Notes: generated from the letters alone by a model not told the origin. Shown: positions 1 to 9,420, counted from the stretch's first letter. The stretch: DNA of 37,237 bases from Brevundimonas sp. (GCA_035654315.1 DASRXE010000040.1:1-37237); one strand, 5' to 3'. Numbers and translations: made by a program.

Positions 1-644
1 AGAAAGGCCCGCCCCTTCTGGCCCCGCCGGCCCTCGCCGTCCCAGTCGCCCGCGACCGAGACGGTCCGGCCATCGGCCAGCGTCACCCCGGCGATATCCA
101 GCGCATTCGCCCGCGCATGCTCGGACGGCCGCGCCGAGACATCGGTCTGGCCATAGATGCGCCGGCAGGAATAGGAGCCGTAGTTCTCGACCCGCGCGAC
201 CCGCGACCCGAACGTCGCCATAGCCGCCGGCTGCAACACCTGGCGGTCCCAGATGACGTAGCGCACCGCCAGCGGGCACTGCATGACCAGGCCGCCCGGC
301 GCCAGCGGCGTCACCGCCCCGCCGGTGATCCGGACCGCCCCCCGCACGACGCAGAAGCCGCCGTCGTCGCGGTCCGCGGCCCGTTCGACCGTGACGCCGG
401 CCTCGCGCAGGACCTGCATGCAGGCGTCGGTGACGGCCTTGACCTCCTCCGCCGCCGCGGTGCGGGCCAGCTCGAAATCGGCCACCTTGGCCGCCGTCGC
501 CTGGCCGATCGGGTGGCTCAGATCCAGCGGCTTCCACGGCAGGTCCTGATGCGGCGCGAAGGCGTTGAGCAGGGCGAAGGCCGCGCACAGCCCGAGGCCG
601 GCCTCCCACAGCAGGTTCCAGAAGTCGGCGAAATCACGATCCAT
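1..644 (-). CDS. Extensin-like C-terminal domain family protein (3' end runs off the window)
   Basis: Not in the ORF track. Manual translation from ATG at 644: MDRDFADFWNLLWEAGLGLCAAFALL...GSYSCRRIYG...SEHARANALDIAGVTLADGRTVSVAGDW. The YSCR and SEHAxANAxD motifs are typical of this family, and the frame is open to the window edge. Confidence 0.85.
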   Translation of the reverse strand, partial: MDRDFADFWNLLWEAGLGLCAAFALLNAFAPHQDLPWKPLDLSHPIGQATAAKVADFELARTAAAEEVKAVTDACMQVLREAGVTVERAADRDDGGFCVVRGAVRITGGAVTPLAPGGLVMQCPLAVRYVIWDRQVLQPAAMATFGSRVARVENYGSYSCRRIYGQTDVSARPSEHARANALDIAGVTLADGRTVSVAGDWDGEGRRGQKGRAF

Positions 645-696
645 ACCCGACCTACTCTTAGACGGCCCGGCGGCCGGCGAAAGAGGGCGGCGAACT

Positions 697-1809
697 TCAG
701 CCCGTCAGGGCGATCAGCCTCTGGGCCAGCATCCGGCAGGCGGTCGGCCCCTTGGCGCCGTCGTTGGCGAAGGCGAACACCGCCAGGCCCGCCGCCGGAG
801 CGACGATGGCGATGGTGTGCCAGTAGGTGTTGGAGCCCTCGTGCGCCAGGGTTTCGCCGGCGCCGGCGAAGGCCCCGAAAGGCGGCGCGGGCTGGACCAT
901 CCATCCGAGGCTATAGGCGGGGTTGGTCTCGGTCGTGGCGTTCAACCGGCCCAGGCTGTCGTCCGACAGCCAGTCGCCGCCGCTGCAGGTCGCCCGGGCC
1001 CACCGGGCGTAGTCGGCGATGGTCATGTGGGCCGTGCCGGCGGGGCCGAGGGCGGCCGGATTGTCGGCGGCCGGGCTGGCCGGGTCCATGGGCCAGGGCC
1101 GATCGCCGACCTGGCGGTGGCCCCACGCGTTCGGATCGGGCGGCGCCCCAAAGCCGCCGCTGGACAGTCCCAAAGGCCCGAATATCTCGGCCCGCATGGC
1201 GTCTTCCCACGATCCGCCGGTGATCGCCTCGATCGCGGCGCCGGCGATGACGTAGTTGAGGTTGGCGTAGGCGAACTCGCCCGGGCGACCGGCGGGCGGG
1301 CGGGCGAGGGCCGCGGCGGCGAGATCGGCCCGCTGAACGGGAAGGGAGCGCGGGTCGGCGCGGGCGGTTGCAAGCCACGCCCGGCCCATCACCGGCTCGT
1401 CCGTCAGCCCGCCGCGATGACGCATCAAGGTTTCGATCGGCACGTCGCGCCACGCCGGGTCGAGCGTCGCCTCCGGGAAGGCCTCGCGCAGGGTCAGTCC
1501 CCAGTGTGTGCGCCCCTGTTCGACCAGTCGGGCGAAGACGGCGGCCGTCATCGCCTTGGTGTTCGAGCCCAGATGCCAGCGGTCGTGGATCGTGGCCTCC
1601 GCGTCGGAGCCCGCGCGCCTGACGCCGCGTACGCCCGACCAGATCAGGCCTGCAGGGGTCAACACGCCGCCGCCGAGCGCCGGAGGGCCGACCCGGAAGG
1701 CGGCGTCCAGCGCCTCGTCGAAGGTTCCGGTCCGGGATGCGGCGGGCCGGGCGGCGAGGGCGGAAAGACACGCCGCTCCGCCCAGCAGCGTGCGTCGGAG
1801 GATTTGCAT
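697..1809 (-). CDS. Serine hydrolase, beta-lactamase class C / D-peptidase family, probably Tat-exported
   Basis: SxxK (GSNTK), YxN (YAN) and HEG motifs. N-terminal RRTLL twin-arginine signal after ATG at 1809. Confidence 0.85.
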   Translation of the reverse strand: MQILRRTLLGGAACLSALAARPAASRTGTFDEALDAAFRVGPPALGGGVLTPAGLIWSGVRGVRRAGSDAEATIHDRWHLGSNTKAMTAAVFARLVEQGRTHWGLTLREAFPEATLDPAWRDVPIETLMRHRGGLTDEPVMGRAWLATARADPRSLPVQRADLAAAALARPPAGRPGEFAYANLNYVIAGAAIEAITGGSWEDAMRAEIFGPLGLSSGGFGAPPDPNAWGHRQVGDRPWPMDPASPAADNPAALGPAGTAHMTIADYARWARATCSGGDWLSDDSLGRLNATTETNPAYSLGWMVQPAPPFGAFAGAGETLAHEGSNTYWHTIAIVAPAAGLAVFAFANDGAKGPTACRMLAQRLIALTG

Positions 1810-1917
1810 ATCGCAAACGCTACCTTGGCCGTTGGCCGGCGGCAACCTGAAGCGCTCACGAAGTCTAGCCCCCGCGTCCCCCGCGTTCCCCGCGCAGGCC
1901 AACCCGCGGCCGGCCGA

Positions 1918-2766
1918 CTAGAACCCCAGTTCGGCGCGGAGCGTCGCAGGGCTGACGCCGCCGGCCCTCAACTGGGCCAGCGTCACGGAATTGTCCCGCT
2001 TGGCGAACCGTCGACCGTCCTCGCCGGTCAGCAGCCGGTGGTGGCGATACACCGGCGTCGGCCAGCCCATCAGCGCCTGCAGCAGCACCTGCACATGGGT
2101 GGCTTCAAACAGGTCCTGCCCGCGGATCACATGGGTGACGCCCTGCAGGTCGTCATCGTGCGTGACCGCCACATGATAGGCCGTGCCCGCGTCCTTGCGC
2201 GCCACAACGACGTCACCGGCCGTCTCGGGCCTCGCCCGGATCAGGCCGCGCTCGCCGCCGGGACCTTCGCCTTCCTCGACAAACGCCAGCGCCTCCCAGG
2301 TCCGTCCGCCCAGCACCTCACGAGCCCGGTCCAGGGACAGCCGCCAGGCGAAAGGCCGTCCCTCGTCCAGCAACCTGGCCTCTTCGTCGACCGGATGGGG
2401 GCCCGGCCGCACCGCATCGGCGGGGCCGTGCGGCGCATCGCCGATGGCGTCGAGGATGTCCTTGCGAGTGCGGAAGCAGCGGTACAGCAGGCCGCGCCGG
2501 TCCAGCACGTCCACCACTGTGGCGTAGTCGGTCAGGTGCTGCGACTGGCGCCGCACCGGCTGCTCCCAGTCCAGCCCCAGCCAGGTCAGATCCTCGAGAA
2601 TGCCCGACTCGAACTCCGGCCGGCAGCGGGTCGGATCGATGTCCTCGATCCGCAGCAGGAACCGGCCGCCGGCGGCGCGGGCGCGGCTCCAGGCGCTCAG
2701 GGCCGAGAAGGCGTGGCCCTTGTGCAGCCGGCCGGTCGGCGAAGGGGCGAAGCGAGTGACGAACAT
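1918..2766 (-). CDS. gluQ: Glutamyl-Q tRNA(Asp) synthetase
   Basis: TRFAPSPTG, HIGH-like HKGH, LRIEDID, THVIRGQDL. About 282 aa, with no anticodon-binding domain. Confidence 0.92.
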   Translation of the reverse strand: MFVTRFAPSPTGRLHKGHAFSALSAWSRARAAGGRFLLRIEDIDPTRCRPEFESGILEDLTWLGLDWEQPVRRQSQHLTDYATVVDVLDRRGLLYRCFRTRKDILDAIGDAPHGPADAVRPGPHPVDEEARLLDEGRPFAWRLSLDRAREVLGGRTWEALAFVEEGEGPGGERGLIRARPETAGDVVVARKDAGTAYHVAVTHDDDLQGVTHVIRGQDLFEATHVQVLLQALMGWPTPVYRHHRLLTGEDGRRFAKRDNSVTLAQLRAGGVSPATLRAELGF

Positions 2767-2843
2767 GGGTGCAGGATAGCGGGAACCGGACGCGATCACA
2801 TCCGGCGCTTGTCGCGTTCAAACCCGTCGCTAGGCTCGCCGCC

Positions 2844-3500
2844 ATGCAGACGCCCTACTGGCTGGACGACATCGACGCGGCGCGGCGCACGATCGTTGAA
2901 ATTGACCCCCTGCTGGCGCGCGCGCACGCCCAGACTCCGGCCTTCGAATGGCGCCGCCGCGTGGGCGGGTTCGAGGGTCTGTTTCACATGATTGTCGACC
3001 AGCAGGTCTCGCTGGCCTCGGCCGCCGCGATCTGGGCCCGTGTCGAGGCGGGACTGGGCGGGGAGGTGACCTCCGAACGCGTGCTGGCGACGGACATCGA
3101 GACGCTCCGTGGTTTCGGGCTTTCAATCCAGAAGGCGACCTATGGTCACGAGATCGCCCGCGCCCAGGCGGAGGGCCGTATCGACCTGGACCATCTCGAG
3201 CGGCTTTCCGACGACGAAGCCGTCGCCCGGCTCACTGCGATCAAGGGCGTCGGCCGATGGACGGCCGAGACCTTTCTGATGTTCTGCGAAGGGCGTCGGG
3301 ACGTCTTCCCGGCCGGCGACATCGCGTTGCAGGAGGCCATGCGCTGGGCGGACGGGGCGGCTCTGCGCCCGCGCGAGAAGCAGGCCTATGCCCGGGCGGA
3401 AGTCTGGCGACCGCACCGGAGCATTGCGGCGCATCTGCTCTGGGGATGGTATGGAGCGGTCAGGCGCGGCGAGATCGCGCTGGAGGAACCGCCGCCGTGA
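2844..3500 (+). CDS. alkA: DNA-3-methyladenine glycosylase II (AlkA-like, HhH-GPD)
   Basis: IVDQQVS, HhH motif LTAIKGVGRWTAE, FPAGD, WRPHRS. Confidence 0.88.
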   Translation: MQTPYWLDDIDAARRTIVEIDPLLARAHAQTPAFEWRRRVGGFEGLFHMIVDQQVSLASAAAIWARVEAGLGGEVTSERVLATDIETLRGFGLSIQKATYGHEIARAQAEGRIDLDHLERLSDDEAVARLTAIKGVGRWTAETFLMFCEGRRDVFPAGDIALQEAMRWADGAALRPREKQAYARAEVWRPHRSIAAHLLWGWYGAVRRGEIALEEPPP

Positions 3501-4153
3501 TCGACGCCCCGACGCTCGAAGCCCTCAGCGAGCCGATCCTGCCGACCCTGTACGCGCTGGACTATGCCGGCGTGGCCGTGTTCGGCGCGACCGGTGCATT
3601 GGCCGCCGCGCGCGAGAAGCACGACCTGGTGACCCTCGGCTTCTTCGCGGCCATCACCGGCGTCGGCGGCGGCACCCTGCGCGACCTTCTGATCGACGCG
3701 CCGGTCTTCTGGGTCCAGGACTGGCGGTACATTGCGATCTGCCTCGCGGCGGCGCTGTTGGTCTGGTTCGTCGGTCAGAGAGACTGGCGCTTCAGGGCTC
3801 TGCTGTGGCTCGATGCCGTCGGCCTGGCTGCGTATGGGGTCATGGGTGCGGCCAAGGCCGAAGCGCTGGGCGGCGCGCCGTTGATCTGCATCGTCATGGG
3901 CGCCCTGACGGCCTGTTTCGGCGGGATTGTGCGCGATTTGCTGGCAGGTCAGCCCTCGATCCTTCTGCGGCGGGAGATCACCGTGACGGCCGCCCTGCTG
4001 GCCGCCACGGCCTATGTAGCGTTGAAGGCGCTCGGCCTGTCCAATCTGGAGGCCGCCCTGATCGCCGCGCCCTGCGGATTCGCCTTGCGCGCGGGCGCCT
4101 TGACCTGGGGCTGGAGCCTGCCGTCCTTCCCGGGCAGCGCGGCGCGCGGCTGA
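3497..4153 (+). CDS. Trimeric intracellular cation channel family membrane protein (UPF0126/YadS-like)
   Basis: GTG start overlaps the alkA stop (GTGA). Two internal repeats, GVGGGTLRDLL and CFGGIVRDLL. Multiple TM helices. Confidence 0.88.
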   Translation: MIDAPTLEALSEPILPTLYALDYAGVAVFGATGALAAAREKHDLVTLGFFAAITGVGGGTLRDLLIDAPVFWVQDWRYIAICLAAALLVWFVGQRDWRFRALLWLDAVGLAAYGVMGAAKAEALGGAPLICIVMGALTACFGGIVRDLLAGQPSILLRREITVTAALLAATAYVALKALGLSNLEAALIAAPCGFALRAGALTWGWSLPSFPGSAARG

Positions 4154-4286
4154 GCGTTGCGCGACCGTCATCTCGCCGCCATCGCAATGCGGTCGAATCA
4201 GGCGTAGGATTCGGGCACAGCCAGGGAAGGAGACGTGTCTTCAGTCCGGTCGCGTCGATAAACCTCATCCGAACGACGAGGGCCTG

Positions 4287-4847
4287 ATGCAGGTCCTGAG
4301 CCGCCCTCCCTCCGGCTGGCCCGCGCTGGTGCTCAACGCCGACTTCCGGCCGCTGTCCTACTACCCGTTGTCGATCTGGCCGTGGGAGGAAGTGGTCAAG
4401 GCGGTGTACCAGGATCGCGTCGACGTGGTCTCGACCTATGATAAGGTCGTCCGCAGCCCGTCGATGGAGATCGTCCTGCCCAGCGTCATCGCGCTGAAGA
4501 ACTACGTCGATCAGAATCGCCAGCCCGCCTTCACGCGCTTCAACGTCTTCCTGCGCGACGGTTTCGCCTGCCAGTACTGCAACGCCACGACCGAACTGAC
4601 CTTCGACCACGTCATTCCGCGCAGCCGGGGCGGGCGCACCACATGGGAGAACATCGTCGCCGCCTGCAGCCCGTGCAACCTGAAGAAGGGCGGGCGCACG
4701 CCCCAGCAGGCCGGCATGCCGATGCGGCGGACGCCGCACCGGCCCAGCGCCTGGCAGCTCCAGGAATTCGGCCGCCGTTTCCCGCCTCACTACCTGCACC
4801 AGAGCTGGCTCGACTACCTCTACTGGGACATCGAATTGGAACCATGA
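4287..4847 (+). CDS. HNH endonuclease
   Basis: LVLNAD, FLRDxxxCQYC, TFDHVIPRSRGG, WENIVAACSPCNLKKG. Confidence 0.93.
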   Translation: MQVLSRPPSGWPALVLNADFRPLSYYPLSIWPWEEVVKAVYQDRVDVVSTYDKVVRSPSMEIVLPSVIALKNYVDQNRQPAFTRFNVFLRDGFACQYCNATTELTFDHVIPRSRGGRTTWENIVAACSPCNLKKGGRTPQQAGMPMRRTPHRPSAWQLQEFGRRFPPHYLHQSWLDYLYWDIELEP

Positions 4848-5056
4848 CCGCCGCGGAAACTTGGAAGGGGCGGCTCGGATTGCGGGCCGAGCCGGGGCTC
4901 AGGAGGATCGGCATGCGGTTGGGTACGATGGCCATTGTCGTGGCGGCTGCGGTGGTGGTGAGCTTCGCTGTCTATTATGCGACAGGCGGACATTTGGTGT
5001 TCTTCGCCCTGCCCCTTTTGTTCGCCCTGCCGCTGCTGGGGAGGCGCAGGCGGTAA
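4844..5056 (+). CDS. Small hypothetical membrane protein (start uncertain)
   Basis: ATGA overlap with the HNH stop. Two hydrophobic segments and a C-terminal GRRRR. Internal ATGs are alternative starts. Confidence 0.5.
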   Translation: MTAAETWKGRLGLRAEPGLRRIGMRLGTMAIVVAAAVVVSFAVYYATGGHLVFFALPLLFALPLLGRRRR

Positions 5057-5078
5057 GCTAATCAATACCTGCGTTACG

Positions 5079-5103
5079 GGAACCCGCGTCCGTTAGTCGG
5101 GTT
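5079..5103 (+). promoter_or_regulatory. Putative SigT/EcfG (general stress ECF sigma) promoter
   Basis: GGAAC-N16-GGTT, 29 nt upstream of ATG 5133. The known consensus is GGAAC-N16/17-CGTT. Confidence 0.6.
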
Positions 5104-5132
5104 GGTGAGGTGAACCCATCGGGAGAACCACC

Positions 5133-5357
5133 ATGAAGAAAACGCTTGCCGCTGTCGCGGCCGGGGCCCTGCTGATCGCAGGTCAGGCCGCCGCCACCAC
5201 CCAAAGCGCGACCGCCCGGGTCGGAGACCGCGTGGGGCCCGAGGCCGGGAGCTCAAGCGAATTCCTCGGCATTCCCGTCATCGGACTTCTGGCGATCGCC
5301 GGCGTGATCGCGGCCGCGGTCGTGGTCGTTTCGGACGACGACTCAGAGAGCGATTGA
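5133..5357 (+). CDS. 74-aa signal-peptide + single-TM protein with acidic tail (paralog of 15856-16080)
   Basis: GGAG RBS. MKKTLAA signal peptide, RVGDRVG...SEFLG, TM helix, DDDSESD tail. Confidence 0.85.
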   Translation: MKKTLAAVAAGALLIAGQAAATTQSATARVGDRVGPEAGSSSEFLGIPVIGLLAIAGVIAAAVVVVSDDDSESD

Positions 5358-5412
5358 CCGCCTGCCGGTATGACCCGTTGACGATCCCATGGGGCCGGCG
5401 CAGTCCGGCCCC

Positions 5413-6189
5413 ATGAAGATTCGTGTCCGCGCCGACCTCGTCTACCGTTTCGATCCGCCCACCGATGCGATCTACAAGATCCAGGTCGCCCACTGGCCGG
5501 GCCAGACCATCCTTGAGGAGCGGCTGACGACCTCGCCTGCCGTCGCCTTCGTCGAAAACAAGGACGAGGAGTTCGGAGCCCGAACCCTGCGCGCCCATTT
5601 GTCCGGCGACGTGGCCCTGACCTATGAGGCCCTGGTCGACAACGGTGTGCTGAAGGGCTTGCCACCGGTGACGGTCCAGCACGACTGGGGCGATCTGCCG
5701 GCCGAGGTGCTGACCTATCTCTGGCCCAGCCGCTACTGCCCCTCGGACCAGTTCAGCCGCTTTGCGGAGCGCACCTTCGGCGGCACGGCCGGCGGCGACC
5801 GGGTGCTGAAGATTCTCGACTGGATCAAGGCCGAGATCGACTATGAACCCGGGGCCTCGGACAGCGAGACCACCGCCGCGCGCACCTTCATCGACCGCGC
5901 CGGGGTGTGTCGGGACTTCACCCATATGGGCATCACCCTGTGCCGCGCCTCTGGCATCCCGGCCCGGGCGGTCAGCGCCTACGCCCACCAGCTCACCCCG
6001 CCCGATTTCCACGCCATCTTCGAGGTCTGGCTGTCCAACGGCTGGTGGCTGGTCGACCCCACGGGGCTGGCGCCGGTCGAGGGGCTGGTCCGCATCGCCT
6101 GCGGCCGCGACGCCGCCGATATCGCCTTCCTGACCACCCAGGGCGCCTGCCAGCTCGTGCGGCAGTCGGTGACGGCCGAGGCGGTCTAG
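5413..6189 (+). CDS. Transglutaminase-like family protein
   Basis: Catalytic triad motifs GVCRDF, DFHA, LVDPT, plus GRDAADI. Confidence 0.9.
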   Translation: MKIRVRADLVYRFDPPTDAIYKIQVAHWPGQTILEERLTTSPAVAFVENKDEEFGARTLRAHLSGDVALTYEALVDNGVLKGLPPVTVQHDWGDLPAEVLTYLWPSRYCPSDQFSRFAERTFGGTAGGDRVLKILDWIKAEIDYEPGASDSETTAARTFIDRAGVCRDFTHMGITLCRASGIPARAVSAYAHQLTPPDFHAIFEVWLSNGWWLVDPTGLAPVEGLVRIACGRDAADIAFLTTQGACQLVRQSVTAEAV

Positions 6190-7952
6190 CTTCCGCCCGC
6201 CGCCTTCCATTCCTCGATGAACTCCAGCCGGCGCAGCACCTTGTTTTCCGGATCGATCAGCACGTGGGCCCCATCTGGGACCGCGATCCGTCCGCGGCCG
6301 CCGGACATGGCGACCGTCCGGCGCTCGCCGTCGATCTCCACCTCCACCGGCATCGGGAAGACGCCGCCGTTTCCGGTCACCCACTCCAGCGCCAGTTGGC
6401 CGTTCTCGCGGGTCTGACGCAGATCTGGCAGGGCGGCCTGATACAGGTAGCCCTCGAAGAACCACGTCAGGTCCCGTCCGCTCTCCTCGTTGACGAGGGC
6501 CAGAAACTCGTCGGTGGTGGCGTTGCGCGGCTCGAACTCGCCCGGACGCGGCGTCGCTGTGCCGTAGACCAGCCGCGTCACGGCGCGGAAGAAGGCCTCG
6601 TCCCCGATCAGCATGCGCAGGCTGTGGGCGATCAGCGAGCCCTTGTTGTAGATGTCCAGCGCCGGACCGGTTTCGCCCTGGTAGACTTCGTCCTCGCTCT
6701 TGTCCTCGCCGGAGACGACCGGGAATTTGTTGATCAGCCCCCGGCGCTGATCCAGCAGTTCGGCCTGCATCAGCCGCTCGCCGTGCAGCCAGCGCAGATA
6801 GAGCGGCTGCATATAGCTGCCCAGCCCTTCGTGCAGCCACATGTCGTCCGAGTTGCGGTTGGTCATCTGGTTGCCGAACCACTCGTGCGCCAGTTCGTGG
6901 TGCAGCAGCCAGTCGTAGCCCTTGCCGTCCAGCTTGTACTCGTTGCCGTAGGCGTTGATCGTCTGATGCTCCATGCCGAGGTGGGGCGTCTCGACCACGC
7001 CCATCTTCTCGTCGCCGAACGGGTAGGGGCCGACGGTCGCCTCGTAGAAGTCCATCATCGGCGCGAACTGGGCGAACAGGTCCGCCACCTTGTCCGGATC
7101 GTCCGACTTCAGGTGCCAGTAGGATAGCGGGATGACGTTGCCGAAGCGGCTGCGGTAGTCGGCGCTGACCTCTTCATACGGTCCGATGTTCAGCGCGATG
7201 GCGTAGGTGTTCGGATTGGCCGCCGACCAGTTCCATGTGGTCCAGCCGTCTCCGTGATCGACCTTGCCGAGGAATTTCCCGTTCGAGGGCGCCGCCAGGT
7301 TCGACGGCACGGTGATGTGCAGGTCGACGCGGCCGGGCTCGGCCAGCGGGTGGTCGATGCAGGGCCAGAAGATATCGCAGCCCTCCGGCTGAATCGCTGT
7401 GGCGATCCAAGGCTCGCCCGACGGCGCCGTGGCCCAGACGAAGCCGCCATCCCACGGCGCCATCGGCGCCACGCGCGGCTGCCCGGCATAGGCGATCCGC
7501 AGCTGCGCCGTCTCGCCGACGGCCAGCGTGCGGCCCAGTTCGACGGTCATCCGGCCTTCGGGATTTGACCAGCGGTCGGCCGGCACGACGACGCCGTCCA
7601 CGGCGACCTCCGACACCGTCAGCAGGGTGTCCAGCTCGACTACCAGCCGCTCGACCGGCGCGGTGGCGGTGAAGTCCAGCAGGGCGACGGCGTCGATGGC
7701 CCTGTCGTCGGGGAGAACCTTGATCGAGAGGTCGGCCTTGTCGAGGGTCACCGCCAACTGCTCGGGCGCGCGGGGCTGGTCGGTGCCGAGGGTGAAGGCC
7801 GTCGATTCCCGCGCGGGAGCGGCCTGGGCCGAGGGTGCGGCGTCGGCGACCGAATCCGTGGTCATGGTCCTGTCGCCGGAACCGGCGGCGCAGGCGGCGA
7901 GGGCGATCATGGATACGCCCGTCAGGGCGGCGCGGCAGGCGAGCTTGGACAC
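6186..7952 (-). CDS. M1 family zinc aminopeptidase, probable lipoprotein
   Basis: GMEH (GAMEN-like), HELAH...WLHEG zinc motif, IYNKG. Lipobox LAAC. GTG start with GGAG RBS. Confidence 0.9.
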   Translation of the reverse strand: MSKLACRAALTGVSMIALAACAAGSGDRTMTTDSVADAAPSAQAAPARESTAFTLGTDQPRAPEQLAVTLDKADLSIKVLPDDRAIDAVALLDFTATAPVERLVVELDTLLTVSEVAVDGVVVPADRWSNPEGRMTVELGRTLAVGETAQLRIAYAGQPRVAPMAPWDGGFVWATAPSGEPWIATAIQPEGCDIFWPCIDHPLAEPGRVDLHITVPSNLAAPSNGKFLGKVDHGDGWTTWNWSAANPNTYAIALNIGPYEEVSADYRSRFGNVIPLSYWHLKSDDPDKVADLFAQFAPMMDFYEATVGPYPFGDEKMGVVETPHLGMEHQTINAYGNEYKLDGKGYDWLLHHELAHEWFGNQMTNRNSDDMWLHEGLGSYMQPLYLRWLHGERLMQAELLDQRRGLINKFPVVSGEDKSEDEVYQGETGPALDIYNKGSLIAHSLRMLIGDEAFFRAVTRLVYGTATPRPGEFEPRNATTDEFLALVNEESGRDLTWFFEGYLYQAALPDLRQTRENGQLALEWVTGNGGVFPMPVEVEIDGERRTVAMSGGRGRIAVPDGAHVLIDPENKVLRRLEFIEEWKAAGGS

Positions 7953-8011
7953 GGAAGTCTCCCGACGATGAACCGACGCCAGCCTAAGGCGCCGCACCCG
8001 GCGCGCAACCG

Positions 8012-8350
8012 TCAAGCCTCGAGGCCGCGCGCCTTCCTTTGCGCCTTCGTCGCCCGCCGGGCCCAGGCCTTGTCAATCTGCTCGCGCAGGCGGTCGTCGT
8101 CGGCGGCCTCGTAGCGCACCAGCACTGCGGGCCAGCCTTCGTAGTGGGGCGTCTGGAACCAGGCCTCAGGCTCGGTTTCCTTGAGAAATTCGACCGTGTC
8201 GAGATCCAGCGCCACCGCCAGCGCATCCGGTTCACGCCCCTCGTTGACGATCCACTGACCCCGCACGCGGATGCAGCGCCCGCCGTGCAGGGTCGAGTCC
8301 TCCGCGCCGGGTTGGCTCAGGGCGTAGGCGAACATCTCGTCGCGGGTCAT
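8012..8350 (-). CDS. MmcQ/YjbR family protein
   Basis: 112 aa with AYALSQPGAE, FQTPHYEGWPAVLVR and AWARRATK, typical of the family. Confidence 0.8.
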   Translation of the reverse strand: MTRDEMFAYALSQPGAEDSTLHGGRCIRVRGQWIVNEGREPDALAVALDLDTVEFLKETEPEAWFQTPHYEGWPAVLVRYEAADDDRLREQIDKAWARRATKAQRKARGLEA

Positions 8351-8380
8351 GAAGCGATCCTGCCCCTGCGCCGCGCAAAG

Positions 8381-8408
8381 AAAAAGGCCGGTGTTTCCAC
8401 CGGCCTCT
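8381..8408 (-). terminator. Intrinsic terminator downstream of rpmB
   Basis: AGGCCGGTG/CACCGGCCT stem followed by a T-run on the minus strand. Confidence 0.85.
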
Positions 8409-8433
8409 TCAAATTCTCCGCAACCGTCGTGGG

Positions 8434-8730
8434 TCAGGCGGCGGCTTGCTCGGCCAGCTTGGCCTTGACCTGGCGCTTGATGCGCTGGGCCGCGACCGAC
8501 AGCTGCTCGTCGCGGGCCTTGACGATGAACGGGTCGAGGCCGCCCTTGTAGTCGAGGGTGCGCAGGGCGGCGTTCGAGATGCGCAGGCTGAAGGTCTGGC
8601 CGAGGGCCTCCGAAGCGACCTTGACCGTCTTCAGCGACGGCAGGAAGCGGCGCTTGGTCTTGACGTTCGAGTGGCTCACGCTGTTGCCGACCATGGGGCC
8701 GATACCGGTGAGTTCGCAGCGACGCGACAT
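8434..8730 (-). CDS. rpmB: 50S ribosomal protein L28
   Basis: MSRRCELTG...GNSVSHSNVKTKRRFLP. ATG at 8730. Confidence 0.97.
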   Translation of the reverse strand: MSRRCELTGIGPMVGNSVSHSNVKTKRRFLPSLKTVKVASEALGQTFSLRISNAALRTLDYKGGLDPFIVKARDEQLSVAAQRIKRQVKAKLAEQAAA

Positions 8731-8817
8731 CTGACTATCCTTCGGAGCGGTCCGCGCGATACGAGGCGGACGCATGAAACAGGTGCGCGCGGGAGGTCAT
8801 CCCGCGCGAGAGGGGGG

Positions 8818-8847
8818 CCTATAGAGGAGGAAACCGCGTCCCGTCAA
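8818..8847 (-). promoter_or_regulatory. Putative housekeeping sigma promoter of rpmB
   Basis: Minus strand TTGACG-N18-TATAGG. Confidence 0.5.
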
Positions 8848-8870
8848 GACTGGACGGGCGCAACGGAGCC

Positions 8871-8885
8871 GTTCAGCCGCCGTTC
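8871..8885 (+). promoter_or_regulatory. Candidate alphaproteobacterial LexA box
   Basis: Exact GTTC-N7-GTTC in the rpmB / DUF3617 divergent intergenic region. Confidence 0.35.
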
Positions 8886-8942
8886 AATTGCCGCCATATA
8901 TCTCCATTAGCCATGAGACCGATGTTCAATCCTGGAACCGCC

Positions 8943-9416
8943 ATGAAGCCTTCCCTTCTTGTCCGCGTCGCCGCCACCGCCGCGCCGGTGATCGCCGGCG
9001 CCCTGTTCCTCGCCGCGCCCGCCACGCCGCAGGCGGCCATGGCGGCCCAGTCGAGCAACGACACCGTCCTGCCGGGCTACTGGGAGTACACCACCAGCGC
9101 CGTGGGCGTCCGCGACACCGAGACCAAATGCGTCCGCCCCAGCGAGATCAACCGCTTCTTCGGCGGCCTGTCGACCAACCGCTGGAAGTGCACCTATCCG
9201 GTGCGTCAGGTCGGCGCCGGCAACGCTCGCTTCGAGGGCACCTGCGAGGACCGCAAGGGCCGCCGCGTCAACGTCCGCCTGAACGGCACCTATCAGCCAG
9301 AGAGCTTCAGCTTCCGCGGCGGCGCCCAGCTGGCGCGCGGCACGCCCTATCTGCCGGCTTCGATCACGGCCCGCCGTCTGGCGGCCCAGTGCCCCGCCAA
9401 CGCCGAGTATTTCTGA
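8943..9416 (+). CDS. Secreted DUF3617-like protein
   Basis: Signal peptide, PGYWEYT motif, four Cys, beta-rich sequence. Confidence 0.7.
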   Translation: MKPSLLVRVAATAAPVIAGALFLAAPATPQAAMAAQSSNDTVLPGYWEYTTSAVGVRDTETKCVRPSEINRFFGGLSTNRWKCTYPVRQVGAGNARFEGTCEDRKGRRVNVRLNGTYQPESFSFRGGAQLARGTPYLPASITARRLAAQCPANAEYF

Positions 9417-9420
9417 CGTT

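Noticed and set aside
1-60. Possible frameshift near the end of the extensin-like gene
   Set aside because: Re-reading shows the frame continues as DWDGEGRRGQKGRAF to the window edge.
565-2991. 808-aa plus-strand ORF (also 117-1223)
   Set aside because: Antisense shadow of the serine hydrolase and gluQ. Long shadow ORFs are expected at this GC content, and it has no domain motifs.
4287-4847. HNH gene as a defence or RNA-guided system
   Set aside because: Stand-alone small HNH in a housekeeping gluQ/alkA context, with no adjacent methylase, array or evident structured RNA.
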